Sequence record: OR532817.1
DNA length: 64,000 nucleotides
Direction: 5' to 3' (one strand)
Shown here: positions 45,351 to 55,349 of the stretch, piece by piece
Numbering within the stretch: position 1 is the first letter of the stretch
Layout: every line of letters starts with the position of its first letter
Translations under genes and position numbers: made by a program
Notes under the pieces: model-generated
What the model saw: only the letters and a program-made list of their open reading frames with translations
Told to the model about the DNA's origin: nothing
Databases searched by the model: none

Positions 45351-45954
45351 ATTAAAATTTAAAATACAAGAACTAAAAGAACTGGTAATTAATTTAAAGA
45401 ATGTAAATGATAAATTCCATCTCTCAGAAAATTTCATGATTTATATTCCGGGTACCGAATCAACACTCATTCATGAAATGTCAACAAAAGGAATATATTC
45501 CAATATTACATTGAAATCAAAAGATTACAAAACTAATATCTGTTACAACACTATCTCTTTAATCAGGAGTTCAGATCCCTCTGAAGAACGTATCAGGAAA
45601 TCTAAAACAGTAGGTTCAATTTATAGTAGTTCATGTAATATATATTCTTTATCCGATAATACTAAAATGGAGATTGGTATATATGAAAACTATCATAGAA
45701 AGTGTGATACCAGTGAAAATGGAACTATTGAATTACCTGATTATGTAAAAGATTCTGATGAATTTGAAGCATTATTATTTCAATACAGTACTGAGAGTGA
45801 TATTAAGTACAACAGATTATTAAAAATGCGTATCATACAAGAAATATATGATGTACTTCAATATGAAGAAATATCAATCGATGATACTTTATTTGATTTG
45901 GATTCAAATGATTTGAAAACAATTATACAGGAATTGAAATTAAAATTATGCTAA
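45343..45954 (+). CDS. Family A protein
   Basis: FEALLFQYSTES. Confidence 0.8.
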   Translation: MIELKFKIQELKELVINLKNVNDKFHLSENFMIYIPGTESTLIHEMSTKGIYSNITLKSKDYKTNICYNTISLIRSSDPSEERIRKSKTVGSIYSSSCNIYSLSDNTKMEIGIYENYHRKCDTSENGTIELPDYVKDSDEFEALLFQYSTESDIKYNRLLKMRIIQEIYDVLQYEEISIDDTLFDLDSNDLKTIIQELKLKLC

Positions 45955-46511
45955 CATTGTCAGAAATTCTGGAATACGATAATAAAATTATCAATCTCTT
46001 GGGTGATATATCCTTTGAATTCAACAAAAAAGAAGATAAAAACAACAATAAAGCCACTATACTGAAAGTAAATGATAGTGAATTAGTTGTATTAGAAAAT
46101 AATCTTCATTTTTATTCTGTTGTACTTAAAGTGTATAATGGTATGTCAGAAACTCCGTGGTATATGGTGAAAAACACAGATGATTATGATACATTTCGTG
46201 GTATTAAACCATTCATCAACGAGTATGGTATTTTTTGTACTGCAAATGATTACGATGTATTATATGATGAATACGATCAATTCGGTACTGTTCATAACGT
46301 ATTCACAGAAGAACAATATTCCTGTATAGAAAGTACTGCTTTTCAGTTAAGTACAGAGTTTGATTTACAAGTAGTAAGAGCATTAGCAATGCAAACCAAT
46401 TTGTATTACAACAAAAGACACTATCAAATAATGTGTAATACAAAAATCCAGGATCATTTATATAATCCAAAATTAATTTTAAATCTAGAAAAATATCTGG
46501 AAACACTATGA
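45948..46511 (+). CDS. Family A protein
   Basis: IESTAFQLSTEF. Confidence 0.8.
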   Translation: MLTLSEILEYDNKIINLLGDISFEFNKKEDKNNNKATILKVNDSELVVLENNLHFYSVVLKVYNGMSETPWYMVKNTDDYDTFRGIKPFINEYGIFCTANDYDVLYDEYDQFGTVHNVFTEEQYSCIESTAFQLSTEFDLQVVRALAMQTNLYYNKRHYQIMCNTKIQDHLYNPKLILNLEKYLETL

Positions 46512-46999
46512 AAGAAATTATTGAATTAATAGAATTGATGCAGTCAAGTATAAGTTCATGTAAACTTGCAACCGGTGAACATAATTTGAATGCTGATTTT
46601 GATTTAGTAGTCAATAATCAAAAGAAATGTATTCACTTGATTAAAAAATCCAGTACTAAAGCAATCAAACATACAGCACTCATGATAGCTTCTTCACATC
46701 CTGCTAAAAAATATAATTCAAATATTGCTAATATAAGTTCACTGTACAAACCAGAAAGTACATCTTCATATATCAGTTCAATTAAAAGTGAATTAGATTT
46801 TCATAAATGCACTTTGGCTTCTTATGAAGAATTAGAATTTCAGTACAGTACGGTAATTACACGAAGTGATATTTTTATAATTCAATGCTTGTTATATTCA
46901 ATTGATTTTAAAGATATTGTGTACATGACAAATGATTTTATGAAATATAATTATATTGAAATACTCAGATCATTAAAGGACAAATTATGCCAAAATTAG
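46508..46999 (+). CDS. Family A protein
   Basis: YEELEFQYSTVI. Confidence 0.8.
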   Translation: MKEIIELIELMQSSISSCKLATGEHNLNADFDLVVNNQKKCIHLIKKSSTKAIKHTALMIASSHPAKKYNSNIANISSLYKPESTSSYISSIKSELDFHKCTLASYEELEFQYSTVITRSDIFIIQCLLYSIDFKDIVYMTNDFMKYNYIEILRSLKDKLCQN

Positions 47000-47577
47000 A
47001 TGCACAGTACTGTAATAAATTACTGAATGCATTGATTACTATACAAAAGAATATAAAAAAAGAAAAGAGTATTCAAATTTACTATAATGATAGTTATATT
47101 CTTGTACAATGCAACCCAGATGGTAATTATGTAGAGTTCAGTTTAAAGAAAGAAGATGTTCATGATTGTATTAGTATTGATTTGCATGAAGCAACACCAC
47201 ATCAAAGTTTAAAAAATATTATTAAAGCATATAAAAGAACTACTTATGCATTTGACACGTTAGTTCACAGATATAAAACATTTTATTGTATGTTTGATAC
47301 AGACGAATATGATTTCAATTTAGTAGGATTTGATGAAAACATCATTAGCATTCCTTATGATTTTGATGATGAATTATATTTTCAGTACAGTACTTTATAT
47401 AGTTTACCACCACAGAGTGATCTTGAGCTTCACAAAAGTATTCATAAAAAATGCAAAAATGAACTACCAAATAAAAGTGTAGTTAGAATTTCATATCTAT
47501 CCATCGAATTAGATCAACAAGAAATGGATGAAATTCTGGAATCTTTGTATTCATTGGTTCCTGTGTTTAAACATTAA
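46987..47577 (+). CDS. Family A protein
   Basis: DDELYFQYSTLY. Confidence 0.8.
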   Translation: MPKLDAQYCNKLLNALITIQKNIKKEKSIQIYYNDSYILVQCNPDGNYVEFSLKKEDVHDCISIDLHEATPHQSLKNIIKAYKRTTYAFDTLVHRYKTFYCMFDTDEYDFNLVGFDENIISIPYDFDDELYFQYSTLYSLPPQSDLELHKSIHKKCKNELPNKSVVRISYLSIELDQQEMDEILESLYSLVPVFKH

Positions 47578-47600
47578 AATCCCCCTTGACTGGGGTTTTT
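47576..47600 (+). terminator. Terminator overlapping a sigma70-like promoter
   Basis: AAAATCCCC-CTTGACT-GGGGTTTTTTT; TTGACT followed by TATAAT. Confidence 0.65.
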
Positions 47601-47633
47601 TTATTTGTTATAATAAAAAATAGAGAATATAAA

Positions 47634-48260
47634 ATGAAAAAAGAATCATATAACATACTTCGTGTATGTGAAAATTTAATATTGTTGTTACTGGCTTATA
47701 AGAAAAATATAAATTTAAGCAAGAAAATTCTTGATTATCATATTAATATTAATATTACTTGTAGTAATCATATTTCAATATATTTAAATATTAGTAATTT
47801 TGGTTCTATTACAACAACATCATCCAACATCATTTCATTTAATGCTGATAATATTCAACCAGTTGAATTAAATTTACCAATTGAAGATATTAAAGGTGAA
47901 ATGATTTATTTTGATGACCGATATTGTGAATATGATGTTAATAGTCCAAATTTAGTCGGAGCATATTTAAAAAAATATGATCCTGATATTGATGGATACA
48001 ATGAAACAAACTGCCATGAAGTAATGGAAAGGACGTATGATGAATGGGCTTTTCAGTACAGTACATTATATGATTTTGTTCCAGATAAAGAAGATTATTT
48101 TTACTTGAAAAATTTCATGCATAAATTGGGTAACGAATTCGATTATACATATTCAAATATTTTATTTGAATCAAAAGTGGATATTGTGAATCTAAAATCC
48201 GCAATTGATATATGTACCGAAACTGTTAAAAGGAAGATTGATGAAAACTCCGATATTTGA
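47634..48260 (+). CDS. Family A protein
   Basis: YDEWAFQYSTLY; start moved to 47634. Confidence 0.8.
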   Translation: MKKESYNILRVCENLILLLLAYKKNINLSKKILDYHININITCSNHISIYLNISNFGSITTTSSNIISFNADNIQPVELNLPIEDIKGEMIYFDDRYCEYDVNSPNLVGAYLKKYDPDIDGYNETNCHEVMERTYDEWAFQYSTLYDFVPDKEDYFYLKNFMHKLGNEFDYTYSNILFESKVDIVNLKSAIDICTETVKRKIDENSDI

Positions 48261-48756
48261 AAAATCAAAGGAATATGCACAACGCATATCTGATTGTATT
48301 GAACTTATTCAATCAATGAGAAAAACTTTCTACATAAATCACAAAGGTACTTTTAGATATCAGCATGAAACTAATGGAATTATTACCATGAGCAAAGGTA
48401 AGTCACCTTTTAGTGAGGTTATATTAACATATGTACCAGATAATATCCATATTTCATTCAATGATAGTTATCTAATAGAAATATCAAATTATATTCCAGT
48501 ACTAGATTATACAGAAGAAACCGAATTTCAATATAGTACTTTGTATAATAATGAAGAATTATTAATGCATTATATATATTCTATTCTATGGAATTTGAAC
48601 ATCAAAGGGAAAATTCATATAAACCCAAAAATAAATTTAAGAACATATACAATGGCATTGAAAAATATGTATAGTTATTTTCAGGACACAAATTATAATT
48701 TATATAAAGAACTGTGTCATAAAACATTCAAATCATCGGAAATAAACTACTTATGA
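48241..48756 (+). CDS. Family A protein
   Basis: TEETEFQYSTLY. Confidence 0.8.
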   Translation: MKTPIFEKSKEYAQRISDCIELIQSMRKTFYINHKGTFRYQHETNGIITMSKGKSPFSEVILTYVPDNIHISFNDSYLIEISNYIPVLDYTEETEFQYSTLYNNEELLMHYIYSILWNLNIKGKIHINPKINLRTYTMALKNMYSYFQDTNYNLYKELCHKTFKSSEINYL

Positions 48757-49337
48757 TTGAGAGATATGATCTTAGTACGAGAATATTAAATGAAGCACTC
48801 AAAAAAGTGCCATCAATTGTGGAAAAACATAGTAAATTATATTCTAAGTACAATAGTAATAGTACATTCAATGTTGGTATTAAAAATCAGAATTATGAAA
48901 CTAACATTGATGATAGTTCCATTGAATATGGTTCAGCAAATGGTTCTTCATGGACAATTGAATTTGACAATTCACTCCATGATTATTATAACTGGACACC
49001 AGAATATAATGAATTTAGCTTTAATACATCATCTGTTGCTTTTTTGGTTAGTAGTGAACATATGTTGTACGCTCTTTATGATTTTAATACTGAAATTTTT
49101 ATAATTGAAGACACCGATTTATCTTTTGAAGTAAATTGCATAGATTCGCTACGTGAAATGATTTTTACATTACAATTGGAGTACTCAGATATTATTGAGA
49201 CTGAATTACTATGGAGTATGCTATCACCGATGATTGAGTTTAAAAAGCTGTTGACACCTGACAAAGATGTTGCTATTATATTTGAACCATATAGACAAGA
49301 GTTTTTAGAATTAAACCCAGAGATACCAAACACATGA
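48753..49337 (+). CDS. Hypothetical protein (divergent Family A?)
   Basis: LREMIFTLQLEY. Confidence 0.75.
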   Translation: MIERYDLSTRILNEALKKVPSIVEKHSKLYSKYNSNSTFNVGIKNQNYETNIDDSSIEYGSANGSSWTIEFDNSLHDYYNWTPEYNEFSFNTSSVAFLVSSEHMLYALYDFNTEIFIIEDTDLSFEVNCIDSLREMIFTLQLEYSDIIETELLWSMLSPMIEFKKLLTPDKDVAIIFEPYRQEFLELNPEIPNT

Positions 49338-49744
49338 TTCTATATCACTGTAGTACTGTAAAAATTGACAGCTTTTATATCCCCTTTGGTGGCTTACATT
49401 TTGGTGGTATTAATAGTGCTTTAGAAGCTGCGTTACGTAAGCTGAGAAGCCCACGAAACACGTTGGATCACAAGGAGATACATATCCATAAATGTTTCGT
49501 GGAACTCGGTAAAACACAGCACAGTGAGGATTTGGGTGGTGAGGATTCGTGGAGAGCGGTGATCGATGAATGCTCACGATTAGGATTTAATTCAGTACAA
49601 TATAAGAATGTATACGAACCTGATTCAGTACCTAGCTATATGATTTGGGACGCCAGTAGAGTAAAAATCATAGAAGTGGATTGTATTCATATGGATGACG
49701 CCGAACAAATGCTGGAAGAATTTTATGATTCACATTGTTCTTAA
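49334..49744 (+). CDS. ART-PolyVal-like ADP-ribosyltransferase-fold protein (putative)
   Basis: LYH.S...GGLHFG...AA.R...D.G...F.SVQYKN.YE...SYMIWD...VKI pattern. Confidence 0.55.
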   Translation: MILYHCSTVKIDSFYIPFGGLHFGGINSALEAALRKLRSPRNTLDHKEIHIHKCFVELGKTQHSEDLGGEDSWRAVIDECSRLGFNSVQYKNVYEPDSVPSYMIWDASRVKIIEVDCIHMDDAEQMLEEFYDSHCS

Positions 49745-49764
49745 ACTAACACAGGTAACGATTC

Positions 49765-50319
49765 ATGTCAGAACCAATAGAATATTTTAAAGCATGTTCT
49801 CGTTTGGTTAATTCAATTTCAAAGGATTTTTTATCAAGAAAACCAAAAGAGTATATTGATAACGTACTTGGATATAATTTTATATTATATTATGGTTTTA
49901 GTTCATTAAGAATTTCAGTTGATGATGAAAATGAAACACCAGTACTTACAATTTTTAATGTTGATTACATCACATGCAACCCAGAAGTATTTCATGAACC
50001 ACATTGGTCTCTACATAATATAGTAGTTAACAGTGGTATTCAATGTGGTTTGGTGAAAAAAATTGACCACCGTTTTTATTCAGGTGATGAACTCATCGAT
50101 CATGAGATTGGTTTTAGTTCTAAGTTATTCTCTAATACTTTAACTGAAGAAGAATTTTTCCAGTACAGTACAGTACTGAAATTAAACACATTGGAATATT
50201 ATCTGGAATGGAATAAAACTATAATGCAAGACAATACAAATGAAAAAGTTGTTTGGCATTGGTATTATGGTGATTTCATTTCAAAAGAAGCTATTGATGA
50301 ATTATCGAAAAGAATATAA
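49765..50319 (+). CDS. Family A protein
   Basis: TEEEFFQYSTVL. Confidence 0.8.
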   Translation: MSEPIEYFKACSRLVNSISKDFLSRKPKEYIDNVLGYNFILYYGFSSLRISVDDENETPVLTIFNVDYITCNPEVFHEPHWSLHNIVVNSGIQCGLVKKIDHRFYSGDELIDHEIGFSSKLFSNTLTEEEFFQYSTVLKLNTLEYYLEWNKTIMQDNTNEKVVWHWYYGDFISKEAIDELSKRI

Positions 50320-50332
50320 TAAGGATTAAAAA

Positions 50333-50821
50333 ATGATGCTTGACATTATCGGAAATTTAGATATAGTTAATCAAATCATTCAATCAGCAATTGATGATAT
50401 TAAGAAGAAGGAGATTGAGGTACGATGGAATTTCTTATCGTCTGATATTGGATACCTTGTTGATATTAGTGAACCAACAAAGAAACAAATGGTTGTACAA
50501 ATCAATGCACTAAGTAACAGGCAATCTCTATGTAAATTTTATATTACAAAGAATGGGATAATTCTCAGATATAATAATAAATTGATGTTTGAATACAAAA
50601 ACAGTACTAAAACATTCATTACAAATCTATTTGATGAACCATTTTATATTGATGATTTAGAAAGTACTTTCTTTACTCAAAGATGTTTAAATTCGTTTGG
50701 TTCACTGGATAATATAGTATTTGATTATGATATCATGACTGAAACATTAAAGAAAACACAGGATTTATATTATGCCTACTTGGTGTTTACCCAAAAACGA
50801 GAAAATGCTAACACAGCCTGA
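50333..50821 (+). CDS. Hypothetical protein
   Basis: RBS AAGGA. Confidence 0.75.
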   Translation: MMLDIIGNLDIVNQIIQSAIDDIKKKEIEVRWNFLSSDIGYLVDISEPTKKQMVVQINALSNRQSLCKFYITKNGIILRYNNKLMFEYKNSTKTFITNLFDEPFYIDDLESTFFTQRCLNSFGSLDNIVFDYDIMTETLKKTQDLYYAYLVFTQKRENANTA

Positions 50822-51251
50822 CGATAGCGTATATAAGTGTATTGAGCATTTCGATTATTTTATTAATTCAAACAAAGAATTTATTGTGGTCGATTGTATA
50901 CCATTGTATTTCATTAAATCCGATTCAAATACAATCAAAGAATTTAATATGTACTATGGTAGTGAATTTATATCAATTAAATTAATCAATAAATATTTGA
51001 AAAATTCTTATTCAATTGAAAGTTATTACAATGGAATATTTTTACTCGGTATTAGTAATGAGTACATCAATTCAGTACTATTAAAATCAAACACAAATGA
51101 ACCAGTTTATGCTGATCGAGAAGCATTCAATGAAATCGATTTCTTCCAGTATACATGTGGTGATGCTTATATACCATTACACACCAATACGATGTGTTTA
51201 GTTAAAGATAAATTGTTGGAGATTGGAAATGATTTCAAAAAATACTATTAA
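50805..51251 (+). CDS. Family A-like protein
   Basis: NEIDFFQYTC. Confidence 0.7.
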   Translation: MLTQPDDSVYKCIEHFDYFINSNKEFIVVDCIPLYFIKSDSNTIKEFNMYYGSEFISIKLINKYLKNSYSIESYYNGIFLLGISNEYINSVLLKSNTNEPVYADREAFNEIDFFQYTCGDAYIPLHTNTMCLVKDKLLEIGNDFKKYY

Positions 51252-51720
51252 AACTGGAATGCAATGTTTGATTGATTATTTTGAAAATCCAAAATCATAC
51301 ACTGAGGTACTGAAAGGTGATCACACATTTCATTACTACGGTGATGATATTCAGATTATAGTTGGATTTCATACATTAAAACTTTGTATTATTGATAATA
51401 AAAATTCAAATTGTTTTATTTTCTCTCCAGTAAAAATGCGAGAAGATGATATTTGCACCGAATTCGGGACTATTGTTGCTGTAATTGATGATGATGGTAG
51501 AAAAACACATGTATACGATACACTATTCATTGAAAGTTCTACTTTGTTTCAATTGAGTTTAATTCATGATATTAATATTGATGGATTGGATATATTGATG
51601 TATAAGTATAGTGAATTACTTGAATTACTAGGGAAATCTAAAATTAATCACAATACTAAATACATTAAAGAAGCATGTGATAATTTATCAAAAGCTCACG
51701 TGCAATACTCTAACGAATAA
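51223..51720 (+). CDS. Family A protein
   Basis: ESSTLFQLSLIH. Confidence 0.75.
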   Translation: MEMISKNTIKTGMQCLIDYFENPKSYTEVLKGDHTFHYYGDDIQIIVGFHTLKLCIIDNKNSNCFIFSPVKMREDDICTEFGTIVAVIDDDGRKTHVYDTLFIESSTLFQLSLIHDINIDGLDILMYKYSELLELLGKSKINHNTKYIKEACDNLSKAHVQYSNE

Positions 51721-51762
51721 GACACTTCAGGAAGAAGTGCATTTTTTTGGAAAGGATGCCCC

Positions 51763-52239
51763 ATGGAAAAGACCAGCATCATCGAAAATGGTGATATTAA
51801 CGATATTTTATCTTTGAATGGATTTAAAATTCATGATATAATGTTTTCAGTGAGAGACATAATTCAGTGCTTATTTTTGTGTAGTAAAACAATGTACGAT
51901 TATTATCATAGTGATTTATGTAATATGTTTGTCATTACTATCAGTACTGAAAACTCTTTTGTATTATCTTTTCCAATGAATACCAATGAAGAATTCATTC
52001 AAGCAGTACTAAGAAATGATAATGTAACTAATGCACAAACTGAAGTTCATAGAAAGAAGAATACTTATACAATTAAAGATGATAAAATCATTATGTTTGT
52101 TAGTAAAGGTTTTATCATGGATAACTTCATTGTTAAAGAATCTTATCATGATTTTAAAATTGAACCTGATAGTTCTAAAGTTATGATTTATGCTAGTGAT
52201 ATTGAATCAATTACAGTATCTGATCCTGAACTGGAGTAA
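51763..52239 (+). CDS. Hypothetical protein
   Basis: RBS AAGGA. Confidence 0.75.
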   Translation: MEKTSIIENGDINDILSLNGFKIHDIMFSVRDIIQCLFLCSKTMYDYYHSDLCNMFVITISTENSFVLSFPMNTNEEFIQAVLRNDNVTNAQTEVHRKKNTYTIKDDKIIMFVSKGFIMDNFIVKESYHDFKIEPDSSKVMIYASDIESITVSDPELE

Positions 52240-52243
52240 TATT

Positions 52244-52384
52244 ATGTCAAAGAAAAATAAAGTAAACAACTACGTTGCAAAGTACTGTAATGAGTTCAAT
52301 AAAGCTCAAACTCACGTAGATCGTAAAAAAGAATTCAAAAAGGGTAAAATCAAACACAAAGGCGGGAGTGAATACTTCCGCTAA
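52244..52384 (+). CDS. Small basic conserved phage protein
   Basis: NYVAKY.NEFNKA..HVDRKK..K.G..KHK pattern recalled from T4-like phages; RBS TGGAG. Confidence 0.7.
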   Translation: MSKKNKVNNYVAKYCNEFNKAQTHVDRKKEFKKGKIKHKGGSEYFR

Positions 52385-52418
52385 TTTTTCGCCTAAATTT
52401 CGAGAAGAATAACATAAT

Positions 52419-53312
52419 ATGAAAGACTTTTTAAATTTCTCTGTACTATCTGTAAAAGAGCACTTTGATATAATTAAAGGAAGCTCTTTAAGCAATCCAC
52501 CATTTAATTCAATTCATAAAAAAACTTATAGAAATGCAATAATTTATGAACTAATGGACTATGATATTTGTTTTTATAAACACGACGGTGATAGTACTGA
52601 ATTTAGTATTCAGGATCATTCATTTAATCTACCGTGTTATTCATTAGTTGAATCAAGAAATTATAGTTCTTATTGTTCACATGATTATTCGTACAGAAAA
52701 GATTTATACACAAATGAATTGTCTTACAAACAATTCACATTAAATGGTATTGATTATGCAAAAAACACATTTAATGCAAGTGTAAGATATCACAGTATAT
52801 CTGATAAAATCAAATACAACCGAATTCTTACTGACTATAATTACTGCATTCGTTCATTATATAGTGATATCAATAATATAAGTGCAACTGCAATTGAATC
52901 AGAATTCTTCAACAGAAATTTTCAAATTTTAGAAAAATCTAAAATTAGTACTGGATTTGTATTCGAATCTAATTTTGATATTAGTATACCAAAAGAAAAT
53001 AATAATAAATTATTAACAAGTGTTCACGTTAATCTAAAGAAAGAAACAAAAGATAGTAACACATTATTTGAAATGAAATGGAATTATGATGATAGATTGG
53101 TATTTGAATTAGATACACCAGATGCAAGTATTATGCATTTATATAATACACTATACACATTTCAATCTGAATTGTTGTTTGGTAAAACCGATTATTATCA
53201 TTTTAAAAATTCATTAATTTATCTGGAAAAAATATTAGAGTATTATAAATCAGAATTACCCATAATCAGTATTGTGTTAGAAAATATTAAGAGGAACAAA
53301 GATGGAAACTAA
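52419..53312 (+). CDS. Hypothetical protein
   Basis: 297-aa ORF. Confidence 0.8.
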   Translation: MKDFLNFSVLSVKEHFDIIKGSSLSNPPFNSIHKKTYRNAIIYELMDYDICFYKHDGDSTEFSIQDHSFNLPCYSLVESRNYSSYCSHDYSYRKDLYTNELSYKQFTLNGIDYAKNTFNASVRYHSISDKIKYNRILTDYNYCIRSLYSDINNISATAIESEFFNRNFQILEKSKISTGFVFESNFDISIPKENNNKLLTSVHVNLKKETKDSNTLFEMKWNYDDRLVFELDTPDASIMHLYNTLYTFQSELLFGKTDYYHFKNSLIYLEKILEYYKSELPIISIVLENIKRNKDGN

Positions 53313-53610
53313 TTTTAAAATTGTATTCAAGGAATTTTTAATTCCATACCTTGGAAAGAGATTCATTCCTTATAATGCAAAGAAAGTACAACACCCAGAT
53401 GGTACTGAACTGTATTTGGTTGAAAGTACAGAACAAGATGCACTTGATTTATTCCTAATGCATATCAAGAATGCAAATTCAGACGTTTATAACAAATATT
53501 TTGAGTACTTGTATAATGAATATATTCTTGAATTCCAGGATGAAAATATGTTCAGATTAGCAATGAGTGATTATTCTGAATGGTCAAATATCGTAATTGG
53601 AACAAACTAA
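53302..53610 (+). CDS. Hypothetical protein
   Basis: RBS GAGGA. Confidence 0.75.
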   Translation: METNFKIVFKEFLIPYLGKRFIPYNAKKVQHPDGTELYLVESTEQDALDLFLMHIKNANSDVYNKYFEYLYNEYILEFQDENMFRLAMSDYSEWSNIVIGTN

Positions 53611-53631
53611 ACTACAAGAAGGATTAAAATT

Positions 53632-54018
53632 ATGCGTGATGAAAAGACAAGTAAAATTCTAAAAGCAATCGGTGGTGTTCTTATTATTGATGTAAAAGGA
53701 GAACCAAAACTTTGTGCTATGGAAGATCTAAAAAAATCAAAATTCTTTGATATTGGATCACTCTTCAATGCTATCCGAGTGCTGAATAATAAAGAAGTTG
53801 AAGATTATGGTCTTAAATGGCCTACATACCGTGATGCTTCAGGTGAAATCAGCAATTCATGGAAAACAATTCAGGAAGTACACAGTCGTTCTGATAATGA
53901 TTGGGACTTTATCGTTGCTGTCTGTGAACAACTAAATGAAGAAGTACCTGAAGTACTGGAGAAATATATTGTATTACAAAATCTGGATAGTTTTCGTAAT
54001 GGAACTTTGCAGTACTAA
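53632..54018 (+). CDS. Hypothetical protein
   Basis: RBS AAGGA. Confidence 0.8.
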   Translation: MRDEKTSKILKAIGGVLIIDVKGEPKLCAMEDLKKSKFFDIGSLFNAIRVLNNKEVEDYGLKWPTYRDASGEISNSWKTIQEVHSRSDNDWDFIVAVCEQLNEEVPEVLEKYIVLQNLDSFRNGTLQY

Positions 54019-54049
54019 TTAACAAAAAAAAACATAAAGGAATATAATA

Positions 54050-54337
54050 ATGAAAGAACAAGATATGGATATGGAATACGATTTTATTAAAATTGAAGAA
54101 GGTGAAGAGAGTGAACAAGTAAGTACACAACTTGTTGCTAATACAAAACGTTCAATGATTGCCCGCAAACCAACCAGAACGCAGGAGGAATATGAATCGT
54201 TTATTGAATCAAAATACACAGAAGTCCATTATATGCAAGATGGTACACCATATGACGTAACCGTTACAGTACTGAAACCTGAAGTTAATGATCTTGAAGG
54301 CTTAAAACAGTGCTACGCATACCAAACACGTAGTTAA
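54050..54337 (+). CDS. Acidic hypothetical protein
   Basis: RBS AAGGA; hairpin GGCAGAGA...TCTCTGCC downstream. Confidence 0.8.
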   Translation: MKEQDMDMEYDFIKIEEGEESEQVSTQLVANTKRSMIARKPTRTQEEYESFIESKYTEVHYMQDGTPYDVTVTVLKPEVNDLEGLKQCYAYQTRS

Positions 54338-54408
54338 TATATTCAAGGCAGAGATGTACTCTTCTCTGCCAATTTTTAATTTAAAACAAAATAAGGTTTA
54401 GTAGATAT

Positions 54409-55269
54409 ATGAAATTATATTTTTTATTTTCTTTTGCTGAAGATATGTATGGATTTGCAGAAGATGCAGAAAGTGATGGAATCTCATCACATACCAGGCA
54501 TCAAAAACATCCACATGAGTTTTATAATAATTTATTCATGTTTATGCAATATAAAATTTTCTCATCTGAATTTGATAATTTAGATCACCCATGGGAATTA
54601 CCTTTAATTGATATTCCAGACGAATACGTATTTCAGTTCATGTTAATGGGTCTGGAAGACTATGACTTGGTTGTTTATAACTACAGAACTAAACGCATTA
54701 TGCTTGGAACTCACGATAGTTCCATTGTATATGTTTCAAGTACTAATGAGGAGTTAGCGTCTGATGAAGGTAATTATAGAAAATCTTATGGTTATATAGA
54801 AAATGATAATGATTTTATTTTAGATTTTCGTGTATCAGAAGAAGAAAGAAGAAAAAGAGAAACTTATCAAGTGGAGTTAAAATCAGATAATGGTTATAAT
54901 GAAATTTTGGAAGTACTTAAACCATACTACCTTGATATTGTTTATAAGAAATATAAACGCCTGTTAAATCATCTTAGCGAAAAAGAACCAATTGGTTTTG
55001 AAACCAATTCATTACGTAATAGCATCATATTTCCACCTAGAGTAATGAAATATGGTGAAGTTTCTAAACACAAGATGAAACTATATCCAGATGATATTGA
55101 AGTTCTATATCATTCGTGGTTGAATAATGATGAACTATATGTAGAAAATAAAAAGTTAATGCGTATAAGTAATAATGATGATAGATTGCTACAAGCGTGG
55201 TATAATGATTCATATTCTGCATTTACTGACAGTAATTCTGAGTATTGGAAGAACACAGGACAAAACTAA
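54409..55269 (+). CDS. Hypothetical protein with internal Family A-like motif
   Basis: PDEYVFQFML. Confidence 0.75.
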   Translation: MKLYFLFSFAEDMYGFAEDAESDGISSHTRHQKHPHEFYNNLFMFMQYKIFSSEFDNLDHPWELPLIDIPDEYVFQFMLMGLEDYDLVVYNYRTKRIMLGTHDSSIVYVSSTNEELASDEGNYRKSYGYIENDNDFILDFRVSEEERRKRETYQVELKSDNGYNEILEVLKPYYLDIVYKKYKRLLNHLSEKEPIGFETNSLRNSIIFPPRVMKYGEVSKHKMKLYPDDIEVLYHSWLNNDELYVENKKLMRISNNDDRLLQAWYNDSYSAFTDSNSEYWKNTGQN

Positions 55270-55271
55270 AC

Positions 55272-55299
55272 CAAGGACGGCGTAAAACCCGTCCTTTTT
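55272..55299 (+). terminator. Intrinsic terminator
   Basis: AAGGACGG-CGTAAAAC-CCGTCCTT-TTTT. Confidence 0.85.
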
Positions 55300-55349
55300 T
55301 AATACATAAATATCTGAACGAAAAATAGATTTAAGATATAATGTTTATA

